Assembly (NCBI RefSeq): GCF_043950625.1
Contig: NZ_CP171007.1
Length of the DNA stretch: 32,000 bases
From: Alkanindiges sp. WGS2144
Lineage (GTDB): Bacteria > Pseudomonadota > Gammaproteobacteria > Pseudomonadales > Moraxellaceae
Direction: 5' to 3' (one strand)
In this document: in pieces, positions 17,164-26,486 of the stretch
Position numbering within the stretch: position 1 is the stretch's first letter
How the letters are laid out: every line of letters starts with the position of its first letter
The notes under the pieces: generated by a model
Told to the model about the DNA's origin: nothing
The model's database searches: none
The model's input: the letters and a program-made list of their open reading frames with translations, nothing else
Made by a program: the position numbers and the translations under genes

Positions 17164-17904
17164 ATGAACAATATGCGTTTGATTGGCCACCGGGGCGCAC
17201 GTCATGAAGCGCCGGAAAATACCCTTGGTGGCTTTAGGCACATTATTGAACTTGGCCTAAAAGCAGTAGAGTTTGATGTACGCTTGCTGGCTGATCAGCA
17301 ACTGGCAGTCATTCATGACGATAATTTTTTAAGAACCTCCGGACTGGATCAATCTGTTGCCATGACCTCTGCTTTTCAGCTTGTGCATACAGATAACCGT
17401 GTGGGCTGGGATCAATGGCCACAGCCTGAACCAACGCCACTGTTAACGGATGTCTTAAGCCTGATTGAGCATTTTGAGCATATTGAGATAGAAGTCAAAG
17501 CCGTTAATGATGAGCAGCAGGCACAGGTGGTCGGACAAAAACTGCATCACTTGTTAGAAGGCTGGCAGGATCGGGTAAGCATTACCTCATTTGACCTCAA
17601 GGTATTACAAGCACTCAAAGAGCAGCAGTCTTCCTTTAAACGCGGCCTGCTGGTGGAATTACCCCTGGGCGAAGTCATCATTGATATTGCCAAACAGCTA
17701 GATTGTAGCCGCATTGGCCTGCGTGACCAGTTTGCGACCCAGGAACTGGTCAAAAAAATTCATGCAGCCCACATGCTGTGTAGTGTATGGACGGTCAACA
17801 ATATTGAACGTGCCCGGCAGCTAGCACAATGGCAAATTGATGGCCTGATCACCGATATTCCTACCCAGATGATTCAGGCAAATATCAAGGGCTGCATTGT
17901 GTAG
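17164..17904 (+). CDS. Glycerophosphodiester phosphodiesterase family protein (GDPD)
   Basis: LIGHRGARHEAPENTLGGF...VEFDVRLLADQQLAVIHDD carries the GDPD catalytic motifs. The start is the ATG at 17164 or 17173. The track start at 17080 overlaps the adenosyltransferase gene. Confidence 0.85.
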   Translation: MNNMRLIGHRGARHEAPENTLGGFRHIIELGLKAVEFDVRLLADQQLAVIHDDNFLRTSGLDQSVAMTSAFQLVHTDNRVGWDQWPQPEPTPLLTDVLSLIEHFEHIEIEVKAVNDEQQAQVVGQKLHHLLEGWQDRVSITSFDLKVLQALKEQQSSFKRGLLVELPLGEVIIDIAKQLDCSRIGLRDQFATQELVKKIHAAHMLCSVWTVNNIERARQLAQWQIDGLITDIPTQMIQANIKGCIV

Positions 17905-17916
17905 CTTACTTCCCGC

Positions 17917-18510
17917 TTAACGCCGCCGGGCAGTTAAAATCAGCTGGCCTTGCTGGTCATACAAAAACAGCATGTCCTGTTGCACCTGATAAGTCGCCAC
18001 TCGACTCAGCGCATCCATAATATCTGCCTCCTGCGCCAGTGCATTATCACAGCTCATATGGCCTGCAAAAGCCTGGAAGCGAATATTATTTGCTGACTCA
18101 GTCTCATAGCCACCACGCAAGGCATTACACCCGGTAGAACCCCAGACGCGCTGGGTAGCGGACTGTAAAAACAGATAAGGACGATTAACAAAAACCTGCG
18201 GATTTTTACTCTTGAGTGACACAATGTCCCAGTTGGTATCGGTTAATCCAGCAATACCTGTCTTTAAAGGTAGTGGCTTATAGCTGCTCTGGGCTGGACT
18301 GGCCGGGTGACTCACCTGTCCCTGAGCGACAGATACAGGTTTTTGCGTTACAATTTTGCCCGGTGGCGTACTTTGACACGCCGCCATGCTTAAGGTGCTG
18401 GTTAGTATAAAAACTTTTAGCCATGACCAGCATGTAGGACAATTTTCTTTTACAAAATAACTTGCAGTGCGCTTCAATTTGCTGCTCCTTTCTTGAGTAA
18501 ATTCAGTCAA
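17917..18510 (-). CDS. META-domain (HslJ-like) putative lipoprotein
   Basis: A lipobox-like LSMAAC is followed by a META-type pattern (GCNALRGGYE...IRFQAFAGHMSCDNALAQEADIMDAL). The start is uncertain: the track start is a TTG and there is no in-frame ATG upstream of the lipobox. Confidence 0.65.
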   Translation of the reverse strand: MTEFTQERSSKLKRTASYFVKENCPTCWSWLKVFILTSTLSMAACQSTPPGKIVTQKPVSVAQGQVSHPASPAQSSYKPLPLKTGIAGLTDTNWDIVSLKSKNPQVFVNRPYLFLQSATQRVWGSTGCNALRGGYETESANNIRFQAFAGHMSCDNALAQEADIMDALSRVATYQVQQDMLFLYDQQGQLILTARRR

Positions 18511-18686
18511 CTAACACAAGCCTCGGCGATTACAAAGAAATATTCTCAATTGTCCTTGTTAGACTAGTGAACACACATTATGGCGTGCTATGATGAGTAC
18601 AATTTGCGCATCAATTCAGCCATTATAAGTGAGCGACTGGTGCCGATCATGTACTCCCTTTTATCTGTTTTGTTGCGGAGCTTTTA

Positions 18687-19871
18687 TTGAACATGACCCC
18701 TTCCCCTGCTCGTCCTTCCATTAACTGGCCTGCAGTGCTGGTGTTGCTGGGTACGCCCCTGGCAGCGCTTATTTTAATTCCCTGGTATGCCTGGCACCAT
18801 GATTTTTCGCTGGCAGCCTGGATCAGCTTTGCAGTTTTTCTGGCCTGGAGTGGCCTTGGCATTACTGCTGGCTACCATCGCCTGTGGTCGCACCGTGCCT
18901 ATGAAGCCGCCTGGCCAGTACGTTTTGTTCTGATGCTGGGAGGAACGCTTGCCATACAAAACAGTATCCTGTTCTGGGCTTCAGGTCACCGTACCCACCA
19001 CCGTCATGTTGATCACGTCGATCTTGATCCCTATTCGGCCAAACGTGGCTTTTGGTACTCTCACATGGGCTGGATGCTACGCGACTATCGCAGTGGTACA
19101 CCGGATTATAAAAACGCTCCTGATCTGCTCAAAGACAAAATGGTCATGTTCCAGCATCGCTACTATGTGCCCATGGTACTGTTGACCAGCGTAGGCTTTC
19201 CGTTTGCGCTAGGCTTTATGGTAGGAGATGTATGGGGAGTAGTATTACTGGCTGGTCTGCTGCGCCTGATCATTAATCACCATGTGACCTTTTTCATTAA
19301 CTCACTATGCCACATGCTGGGCAAGCAGCCGTATACCGACGAAAACACTGCACGGGACAACTTCTGGCTTGCACTGTTTACCTGGGGTGAGGGCTATCAT
19401 AATTTTCATCATATTTTCCAGTACGATTATCGTAATGGCGTCAAATGGTGGCAATACGACCCCACCAAATGGTTAATTCTAGGCTTGTCCAAAGTAGGCC
19501 TGACCAAAAACCTCAAGCGTATTCCAGCCTTTACTATTCGTAAGGCCGAAGTTGCCATGAAGTTCAAACGGGCAGAAAAACATCTGGAAACCTACGGGCA
19601 TGATATGCATGAGGATATGGTGCACATCCGGCATAAAATTGCACAGGAATATGAAGCTTTCAGTCATACCTTAAATGAATGGGCCAAGCTCAAAGAACAA
19701 AGCCTGGAAGCCAAAAAGGCAGCCGTAGCGGAAAAATTCCATCGGGTTGATCTGCGCCTGAAAATGGAATTTCAGCTGATCGAACAGCGTATGCATGAAC
19801 ATAGTGACCGCATGGAAACCATGATGCTTAATTTAAAGCGTCATATTCGCCGTCAGTCCACACCAGCCTAA
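18687..19871 (+). CDS. Membrane acyl-CoA (delta-9-type) fatty acid desaturase
   Basis: 394 aa with three histidine boxes (HRLWSH, HRTHHRH, HNFHH) and N-terminal TM segments. Confidence 0.88.
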   Translation: MNMTPSPARPSINWPAVLVLLGTPLAALILIPWYAWHHDFSLAAWISFAVFLAWSGLGITAGYHRLWSHRAYEAAWPVRFVLMLGGTLAIQNSILFWASGHRTHHRHVDHVDLDPYSAKRGFWYSHMGWMLRDYRSGTPDYKNAPDLLKDKMVMFQHRYYVPMVLLTSVGFPFALGFMVGDVWGVVLLAGLLRLIINHHVTFFINSLCHMLGKQPYTDENTARDNFWLALFTWGEGYHNFHHIFQYDYRNGVKWWQYDPTKWLILGLSKVGLTKNLKRIPAFTIRKAEVAMKFKRAEKHLETYGHDMHEDMVHIRHKIAQEYEAFSHTLNEWAKLKEQSLEAKKAAVAEKFHRVDLRLKMEFQLIEQRMHEHSDRMETMMLNLKRHIRRQSTPA

Positions 19872-19893
19872 AGCCTTAAAATCGCTTTACTCG

Positions 19894-19931
19894 ATCCCGC
19901 CAGTGCATACCCATTTGGCGGGATTTTTTTA
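19894..19931 (+). terminator. Rho-independent terminator after the desaturase gene
   Basis: Stem atcccgcc (19894-19901) pairs with ggcgggat (19917-19924), followed by a 7-T run. Confidence 0.8.
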
Positions 19932-20001
19932 TGCCTTTGCCACAGACAAACACATGAAACTCTATTAGCATCAAACATCCACTGTTGTACTGAGCAAATT
20001 T

Positions 20002-21417
20002 GTGCAAATTGATAACCGTTACGCCACCCTGGATGAGCATTTGTTTCACCGCCAGCTACCAAGTCCGCTAAGCCAGCCCATTGCCGGGCACTTTAACAGG
20101 CAGGTTGCCGAGCAACTAGATTGGCCAGAGCAGTTAAACTGGGTAGAAGTGCTTGCCGGTCAAACAGTTCCAGAGGGTTTTGACCCACTGGCGATGGCTT
20201 ATGCGGGTCATCAGTTTGGTCATTGGGCAGGCCAGCTGGGTGATGGCCGTGGTTTGCTACTGGCCCAGGTGGTTGACCATCACGGCAACTTACAGGACTT
20301 ACACCTAAAAGGTGCCGGTTCTACACCCTACTCACGCATGGGCGATGGCCGGGCGGTATTGCGGTCGGTCATTCGTGAGTATCTGGCCGGTCATGCACTC
20401 AACCAGCTGGGAGTTGCCTCTTCCAATGCTTTAGGCTTTGTCAGCTCACACACACCGGTACAGCGTGAAACACTGGAGCGTGGTGCCTGCCTGCTGCGTG
20501 TCGCAGACTGTCATGTACGGCTCGGGCATTTTGAATGGATTAACCAGTACCAGCCCGAACTACTCAAAGAATTTACCAATAAAATGATCGACTGGTATTA
20601 TCCAGAATGTCATGAGGCGCAAAATCCAGCGCTATGCTTTGCCAAAACCGTTATCAATCGTACTGCCAAAACCATTAGCGATTGGCAGCTGGTTGGCTTC
20701 GCGCATGGCGTCATGAATACCGATAACTTGTCTATCACTGGCAGTACACTGGATTTTGGCCCGTTTGGTTTTATGGAGCGCTTTAACCCCGCCTGGATCA
20801 ATAACCATTCTGACCATACCGGACGCTACACCTATCAAAATCAGCCCAGTATTGCACACTGGAATTTATGGGTCTGGCTGGGACAATTATTGCCGTTGGG
20901 TCTTAAAAAAGAAGACTTGCAAGCTGCGCTAGCTGAATTTGAACCGGCATTTTTAAGCTACTATAGTGAAGGCATGGCCAGAAAACTGGGAATTGCCAGT
21001 GACCATCCACAAAGCTTTGAAACAAGTATGCAGTTTTTAACCATGCTGCAAACCGAAAAACTGGACTACACCATCAGTTTTAGACGCCTGATTGATAGCG
21101 CTGACTGGCAGTTATTACGCGATGACTGCATTGATACTGCTGCATTTGACCAGTTTATTGAACGCTATGAGCGACTACGCACTGAGTCGGGTATAGACAA
21201 TGCGCGAAAGCTCATGCAGGCCAGCAACCCGGTTTATATCCTGCGTAACCATATGGCACAACAGGCCATTGAAAAAGCAGAGCAAAACGACTTTAGTGAG
21301 GTAGATCGGCTGTACCAGCTGTTAGCTACGCCCTATACCCCTCAGCCAGATATTGAACAGCAAACCGACTGGCTGCCACCATTTGGTGAAGAAGTGGCGG
21401 TAAGCTGTTCTTCTTGA
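20002..21417 (+). CDS. selO: Protein adenylyltransferase SelO (YdiU/UPF0061 pseudokinase-fold AMPylase)
   Basis: 471 aa. MAYAGHQFGHWAGQLGDGRGLLLAQV, HLKGAGSTPYSRMGDGRAVLRS and HGVMNTDNLSITGSTLDFGPFGF are characteristic SelO motifs. The start is a GTG. Confidence 0.88.
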   Translation: MQIDNRYATLDEHLFHRQLPSPLSQPIAGHFNRQVAEQLDWPEQLNWVEVLAGQTVPEGFDPLAMAYAGHQFGHWAGQLGDGRGLLLAQVVDHHGNLQDLHLKGAGSTPYSRMGDGRAVLRSVIREYLAGHALNQLGVASSNALGFVSSHTPVQRETLERGACLLRVADCHVRLGHFEWINQYQPELLKEFTNKMIDWYYPECHEAQNPALCFAKTVINRTAKTISDWQLVGFAHGVMNTDNLSITGSTLDFGPFGFMERFNPAWINNHSDHTGRYTYQNQPSIAHWNLWVWLGQLLPLGLKKEDLQAALAEFEPAFLSYYSEGMARKLGIASDHPQSFETSMQFLTMLQTEKLDYTISFRRLIDSADWQLLRDDCIDTAAFDQFIERYERLRTESGIDNARKLMQASNPVYILRNHMAQQAIEKAEQNDFSEVDRLYQLLATPYTPQPDIEQQTDWLPPFGEEVAVSCSS

Positions 21418-21432
21418 ACTCATTTTTTAACC

Positions 21433-21463
21433 AAAAGGGCAGCTTGATATAGGCTGCCTTTTA
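21433..21463. terminator. Hairpin terminator between convergent selO and the response regulator gene
   Basis: ggcagc (21438-21443) pairs with gctgcc (21454-21459), with an A-run on the left and a T-run on the right. Confidence 0.6.
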
Positions 21464-21477
21464 GCTGCAATTTTAAC

Positions 21478-22158
21478 TTAGTTATCTTCATAATCAAAGC
21501 GATAGCCTACCCCATACACTGAATGAATCCACTCATGCTTGGTATCGGGATCAGCCACGTCGTTAATTTTACGGCGCAGGTTTTTAATATGGCTATCAAT
21601 CACTCGATCAGTCACCTCAAAGCTATCTGGGTTTAAATAATCCAGCAATTGCCCACGTGAAAAAATCTGTCCCACATGTTTTAGAAATAAAGCCAGCAAG
21701 CGAAATTCGGTTGGGGTCAAATTAATTGCCTTTTGCTTGTACCAGATACGCTGCTGTGACTCATCAATTTTAAATAATGCCTTTTGCGTAGGCTGACTAT
21801 GCGCACGACGCAATACTGCTTGCACACGTGCGACCAGCTCTTTGGGGCTAAACGGCTTACATACATAATCATCCGCACCCAGCTTTAACCCTAACAGCCG
21901 GTCAATTTCTTCAGTTAAAGCAGTCACCATAATAATAGGCACATTGGATACTTCGCGCAGTTTGCGGCAAATGCTCAACCCGTCCACGCGCGGTAGCATC
22001 AAATCCAGAATGACCAGATCCGGGTTTTCCTGCAAAGCAGCCTGCAATCCAGACTGCCCGTCATTATAAATTTCTACTTCATAATTAGCCTGCACCAGAT
22101 AGTCGCGGACTAATTCGGCCAGTTCCTGTTCATCTTCAATAATTAAAACTTTTGCCAT
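21478..22158 (-). CDS. OmpR-family response regulator (BaeR-like)
   Basis: It has a receiver domain (DLVILDLMLPRVDG, the phospho-acceptor Asp context) and a winged-helix output domain. EEIDRLLGLKLGADDYVCKPFSPKELVARV closely parallels E. coli BaeR. I prefer the ATG at 22158, which has better Shine-Dalgarno spacing; an ATG at 22164 is also possible. Confidence 0.88.
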   Translation of the reverse strand: MAKVLIIEDEQELAELVRDYLVQANYEVEIYNDGQSGLQAALQENPDLVILDLMLPRVDGLSICRKLREVSNVPIIMVTALTEEIDRLLGLKLGADDYVCKPFSPKELVARVQAVLRRAHSQPTQKALFKIDESQQRIWYKQKAINLTPTEFRLLALFLKHVGQIFSRGQLLDYLNPDSFEVTDRVIDSHIKNLRRKINDVADPDTKHEWIHSVYGVGYRFDYEDN

Positions 22159-22185
22159 TTTCATTCCTTCAGTTCATTGATGCAA

Positions 22186-23793
22186 TTATGGTTTGTCACT
22201 CACACTGTGAATCGGTAAACACAACGTGGTTCTAAGTCCACCCAGCGATGAATGGTCAAAGCTGATCTTGCCTCTGTGTGCGCTGGCAATTTGCTGCGAT
22301 AAGGCCAGGCCCAGCCCGCTGCCTCCTGTTGCCCGGTTACGCGAGCTATCAACCCGGTAAAAACGCTCACCCAGATGAGTGAGCTCTTCATCAGTAATGC
22401 CGGGCGGGCTATCATCGACATGTAGCTGCCAGTTTTCACCATTCAGGCTTACACTCAATTGCACCTGCCCTTCCTCATCGGTATAACGCCAGGTATTTTC
22501 CAGCAAATTGGCAATCACCTGCCGAATTCTATCGGGATCAATATTAAGTTCTATTTCCCGCTCAGGTGGTGTTAACACAACACTTAATTGCTTGGCAGAA
22601 AATTTTTCTGCAAAACTTTCAGTTTCCTGCAAGACAATCACCCAGGGATTACAAAGCCTGAAGTGACACTGCAATTGTCCAACATCTCCCTTGGCAAGTT
22701 CATTTAAATCTTGTACCAGTTTCTTTAAGCTAAGTACCTGACGCTTCATCCCTTCCAGATGTGAGGGAGTAGGCTGGCGTACCCCATCCTGCATGGCCTC
22801 AATTTGTGCCTGTAATACGCTAATTGGTGTTCTTAGTTCATGCGACGTGTCAGCGACCCACTGACGGCGTGATTGCTCATGCTGGTGCAAAATTCGGGAA
22901 AGCTGGTTGATGGCATGCGCCAGATCACCCAGTTCGTCATTGCGGTCAACCTTGATCTGCTGGTCATAGTTGCCTCTGGTCAGCTCGGAAGCGGCATCCA
23001 GCAAACGGCCAATAGGACGGCGGAACTGGGCTGCCAACAACAAGGATACCACCGCACTCACCAGAAAACAGCTCAATCCAATCCAGAGCAAATAACGACT
23101 TTGCGCCGAAAAAAAGTTGACCGATAAAGTATCTTCCGGATCAAGCGCAGGTTGTAATGCCAGATAGCCAATGATCTGCCCTTGCAATTTAATGGGGCGC
23201 TTTGCCAGATCACGACTCTCAACAGGTGGCAAGCCAGCAATATAGCGCTCATGCTGATCATATAAGGCCAGACGCTGACCCAAACCTAAACGATCCAGCC
23301 CTGGCATATGTGGTCGTACTTCATGCGGCACAGAGGGATCTTTTTGAAGAAATGACGACCCAATGAGTTCCTGCTCATCCATTAAAAATGGGGCAATACT
23401 CAGGGGAGGTACCAGATTGCCCACCTCCAGATAGGTGCCTACCGGAGAGCTACGACGTGCATAGCGATCCTCCAGACGACGCTTCAGGTTATAACGCAGT
23501 ACCAGTTCATATTGATAACGCAGCCAGCGGCGCTGTACCCGCTCTTCTGAAAGGCGGCCAGTTTTAGCGACCACCCGCATGGCTTCTTCCCAGCTACCAT
23601 AACGCTGATACTGATTTGCCAGACTGTCGACCAGCAAATCCAGACGTTGCATCTCCACACCGGCCACATAGCGGGAAAAGCCTTTTTGCATTGAAAAATG
23701 CAACATCAGCAGACCCACCAGGGAAATAACCAGCGTGGTGAGCAATACTGCAATAAATAAACGTGAGGCAATGGGAAGGCGTAATTTGCTCAC
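22186..23793 (-). CDS. Sensor histidine kinase (BaeS-like): two TM segments, a ~200-aa periplasmic domain, HAMP, HisKA and HATPase
   Basis: H-box VADTSHELRTPISVLQ, and a G-box region GGSGLGLALSQQIASAHRG. The TM segments are at about aa 10-32 and 235-258. The GTG start is at 23793. The gene lies upstream of the regulator, matching the baeS-baeR order. Confidence 0.85.
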   Translation of the reverse strand: MSKLRLPIASRLFIAVLLTTLVISLVGLLMLHFSMQKGFSRYVAGVEMQRLDLLVDSLANQYQRYGSWEEAMRVVAKTGRLSEERVQRRWLRYQYELVLRYNLKRRLEDRYARRSSPVGTYLEVGNLVPPLSIAPFLMDEQELIGSSFLQKDPSVPHEVRPHMPGLDRLGLGQRLALYDQHERYIAGLPPVESRDLAKRPIKLQGQIIGYLALQPALDPEDTLSVNFFSAQSRYLLWIGLSCFLVSAVVSLLLAAQFRRPIGRLLDAASELTRGNYDQQIKVDRNDELGDLAHAINQLSRILHQHEQSRRQWVADTSHELRTPISVLQAQIEAMQDGVRQPTPSHLEGMKRQVLSLKKLVQDLNELAKGDVGQLQCHFRLCNPWVIVLQETESFAEKFSAKQLSVVLTPPEREIELNIDPDRIRQVIANLLENTWRYTDEEGQVQLSVSLNGENWQLHVDDSPPGITDEELTHLGERFYRVDSSRNRATGGSGLGLALSQQIASAHRGKISFDHSSLGGLRTTLCLPIHSVSDKP

Positions 23794-24532
23794 CAGAAAG
23801 ACCCTTAAAAATACCTGCTAAACCATGCCCTGATTTAGCCCAATATGCAAGATATTGTTGCTTCATCTTTCCTTCAAAGTGTTTGCTTATCCTGTACTTA
23901 AGTGAGTTGGTGCACAGTTTTCCTACTATATCGTCATCCTGCTCTGGTATTGAAATTATATAACCACCTTCAAACTAATGAAGTGCTCTGCCCTGCTTCT
24001 AGCAAAGCCTTATGTAGCAGCACCCTCAACCTACACTGCAATTCAATCAGACCTGCATAGGCAAATTACAGCGTCAGGAAGTTACAATAAATCCACAAAA
24101 TGGCAAAGTCCTAATAGTGCCCTTCTTCCAGTCTGTCTTTAAAAACGTAAGAGCTGACTTGAAGACAGCTTTTTGCTCAGGATTTCATGCTTAAACATTT
24201 GAATGACCGGTTAAAGTGAGGTACAGCTAAGCTAAAGCAGCACTATACCTGATCCTTTGGCAAACACGCTATTTTCTATTATTTATCTGCCAGCATAGTC
24301 AGCAAAATCAACGCTATTTTTTACTTCATCAGGAAAAAAGCCGTTATAATGCGGTAATTTTTACAATGCTTGACTATTCAGTCATAAAATATGGTGGTAG
24401 CTCAACCCTGACTGAACCAAACTTGCATCCGCTTAAATTGACCCAATCTTTCATTGGGCGTAATACGTTCCATCAATTTATACTGCACAGTTGTGCCAGC
24501 ATTGATGTGATTTAGTTTTGAGGAAATAAAAC

Positions 24533-26332
24533 ATGCCACAGTACAAAGCACCGTTACGTGACATCCAGTTTGTAATGCACGAACTGCTGAATGCCGAACA
24601 GCACTATGACAAAATTTCTGCCTATGCTGGTACTAACCGTGAGCTAATTGATGGCCTCATCGAAGCTGCTGCTGATTTTTGTGAAAATGAACTATCACCT
24701 ATTAATCAGTCTGGTGATCAGGAAGGCTGTCATTATGAAGACGGCGTTGTAACCACCCCCAAAGGCTTTAAAGAGGCCTATCAAAAATACATTGAGCTGG
24801 GTTACCCCTCTTTGTCTGTGCCTGTAGAGCATGGCGGTCAGGGTTTACCGGGTTCTATTGGTAATGCCATTAGTGAGATGGTAGGTACTGCCAACTGGTC
24901 ATGGGGCATGTACCCTGGCCTGTCTCATGGTGCAATTCGTACCATCGAACATCATGGCAATGACCAGCAAAAAGAAGTTTACTTGAGCAAACTGGTTACT
25001 GGTGAATGGACTGGCACCATGTGCCTGACTGAATCCCATGCTGGCTCTGACTTAGGCATTATCCGTACCAAAGCCGAACCTAACGAAGACGGCAGCTATG
25101 CGATTACTGGTGAGAAAATCTTTATTTCTGCCGGTGAACATGACATGGCAGAAAATATTATCCATATCGTACTGGCACGTCTGCCCGGCGCACCGAAAGG
25201 CACTAAAGGCATTTCCCTGTTTATCGTACCCAAGTTTAACGTGAACGAAGATGGCTCTGTTGGCGAGCGTAACACTGTTCGGTGTGGTTCCATTGAGCAC
25301 AAAATGGGTATCCATGGCAACGCCACTTGTGTCATGAACTTTGATGCTGCCAAGGGCTTTTTAATTGGGCCAGAAAACCGCGGCCTAAACTGCATGTTCA
25401 CCTTCATGAATACTGCGCGTATTGGTACCGCCATTCAGGGCTTATCTGCTTCTGAAGGTTCTTTCCAAGGTGCCCTGACTTACGCGCGTGAGCGTCTGGC
25501 CATGCGCTCTTTATCCGGCCCTAAATGCCCGGAAAAAGAAGCTGATCCTATTATTGTGCATCCCGCCGTACGCAATATGTTGCTTACCCAAAAAGCATTT
25601 GCTGAAGGTGGTCGCGCACTGGTGTACTTCCTGTCCCAGTTTGCCGATATTGTTGAAGCTGGTGATGATGACGAAGAGAAAAAATACGCGGACAATATTT
25701 TGTCCCTGCTTACGCCAATTGCTAAAGCCTTCCTGACCGAAACTGGTTCTGAATCTGCCAAGCATGGGGTGCAGGTATTTGGTGGTCATGGCTTTATCAG
25801 TGAACACGGCATGGAACAGATTGTTCGTGATACCCGTATTGCCTGCTTGTATGAAGGTACTACCGAAATTCAGGCACTGGATTTGCTCGGCCGTAAAGTG
25901 CTACAAACTCAGGGCGCACTGCTCAAAGACTTCACCAAGATCATTCACAAGTTCTGTGAGGCCAACAAAGACAATGCCGACATGGCGGAATTTGTTGAGC
26001 CACTGGCTGCCCTGAACAAGGAATGGGGCGACCTGACCATGCAAATTGGTATGAAAGCCATGCAAAACCCAGATGAAGTGGGTGCTGCTGCGGTTGATTA
26101 TCTGTACTTCTCTGGTTATGTGACGCTGGCTTACCTGTGGGCGCGCATGGCTCTGGTAGCACAGGAAAAACTGGCCGGCGATACCACTGAAACAGACTTC
26201 TACAATGCCAAAGTGGTTACTGCCCGTTTCTACTTCAAGAAACTACTGCCACGCACCCGCTCACATGTGGATGTGATTGCAACTGGTGTAGAACCTTTAT
26301 TTGCGCTGGATGCAGAGCACTTTGCATTCTAA
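24533..26332 (+). CDS. Long-type acyl-CoA dehydrogenase (FadE-like, with N- and C-terminal extension domains)
   Basis: 599 aa. It begins MPQYKAPLRDIQFVMHELL and contains GTMCLTESHAGSDLG and GGHGFISEHGMEQIVRDTRIACLYEGTTEIQALDLLGRK (ACAD catalytic Glu context). Confidence 0.88.
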   Translation: MPQYKAPLRDIQFVMHELLNAEQHYDKISAYAGTNRELIDGLIEAAADFCENELSPINQSGDQEGCHYEDGVVTTPKGFKEAYQKYIELGYPSLSVPVEHGGQGLPGSIGNAISEMVGTANWSWGMYPGLSHGAIRTIEHHGNDQQKEVYLSKLVTGEWTGTMCLTESHAGSDLGIIRTKAEPNEDGSYAITGEKIFISAGEHDMAENIIHIVLARLPGAPKGTKGISLFIVPKFNVNEDGSVGERNTVRCGSIEHKMGIHGNATCVMNFDAAKGFLIGPENRGLNCMFTFMNTARIGTAIQGLSASEGSFQGALTYARERLAMRSLSGPKCPEKEADPIIVHPAVRNMLLTQKAFAEGGRALVYFLSQFADIVEAGDDDEEKKYADNILSLLTPIAKAFLTETGSESAKHGVQVFGGHGFISEHGMEQIVRDTRIACLYEGTTEIQALDLLGRKVLQTQGALLKDFTKIIHKFCEANKDNADMAEFVEPLAALNKEWGDLTMQIGMKAMQNPDEVGAAAVDYLYFSGYVTLAYLWARMALVAQEKLAGDTTETDFYNAKVVTARFYFKKLLPRTRSHVDVIATGVEPLFALDAEHFAF

Positions 26333-26345
26333 GCAGTCATAAACA

Positions 26346-26376
26346 AAAAGCTGGCGTCATGCCAGCTTTTTGTTTT
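26346..26376 (+). terminator. Rho-independent terminator between the two fadE-like genes
   Basis: Stem aaaagctggc (26346-26355) pairs with gccagctttt (26361-26370), followed by tgtttt. Confidence 0.8.
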
Positions 26377-26486
26377 AAAAGATAACCAATGTTTTAAATT
26401 TCTAGTGTAATACGTTTAAGCTGCGCTTTTGTTTTATAATGTGCCCAAATTTTTGACCCATTTTTATCCAGCTTTATAGGTGAACC

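Noticed and set aside
23594-23963. A 90-aa minus-strand ORF (23594-23866, with an AGGAAA just upstream of its ATG) and a 66-aa plus-strand ORF (23763-23963) at the kinase 5' end.
   Set aside because: Both overlap the well-supported kinase N-terminus out of frame. Neither has a recognisable motif, and the Shine-Dalgarno spacing is too tight. I treat them as chance ORFs, although the region is flagged as a finding.
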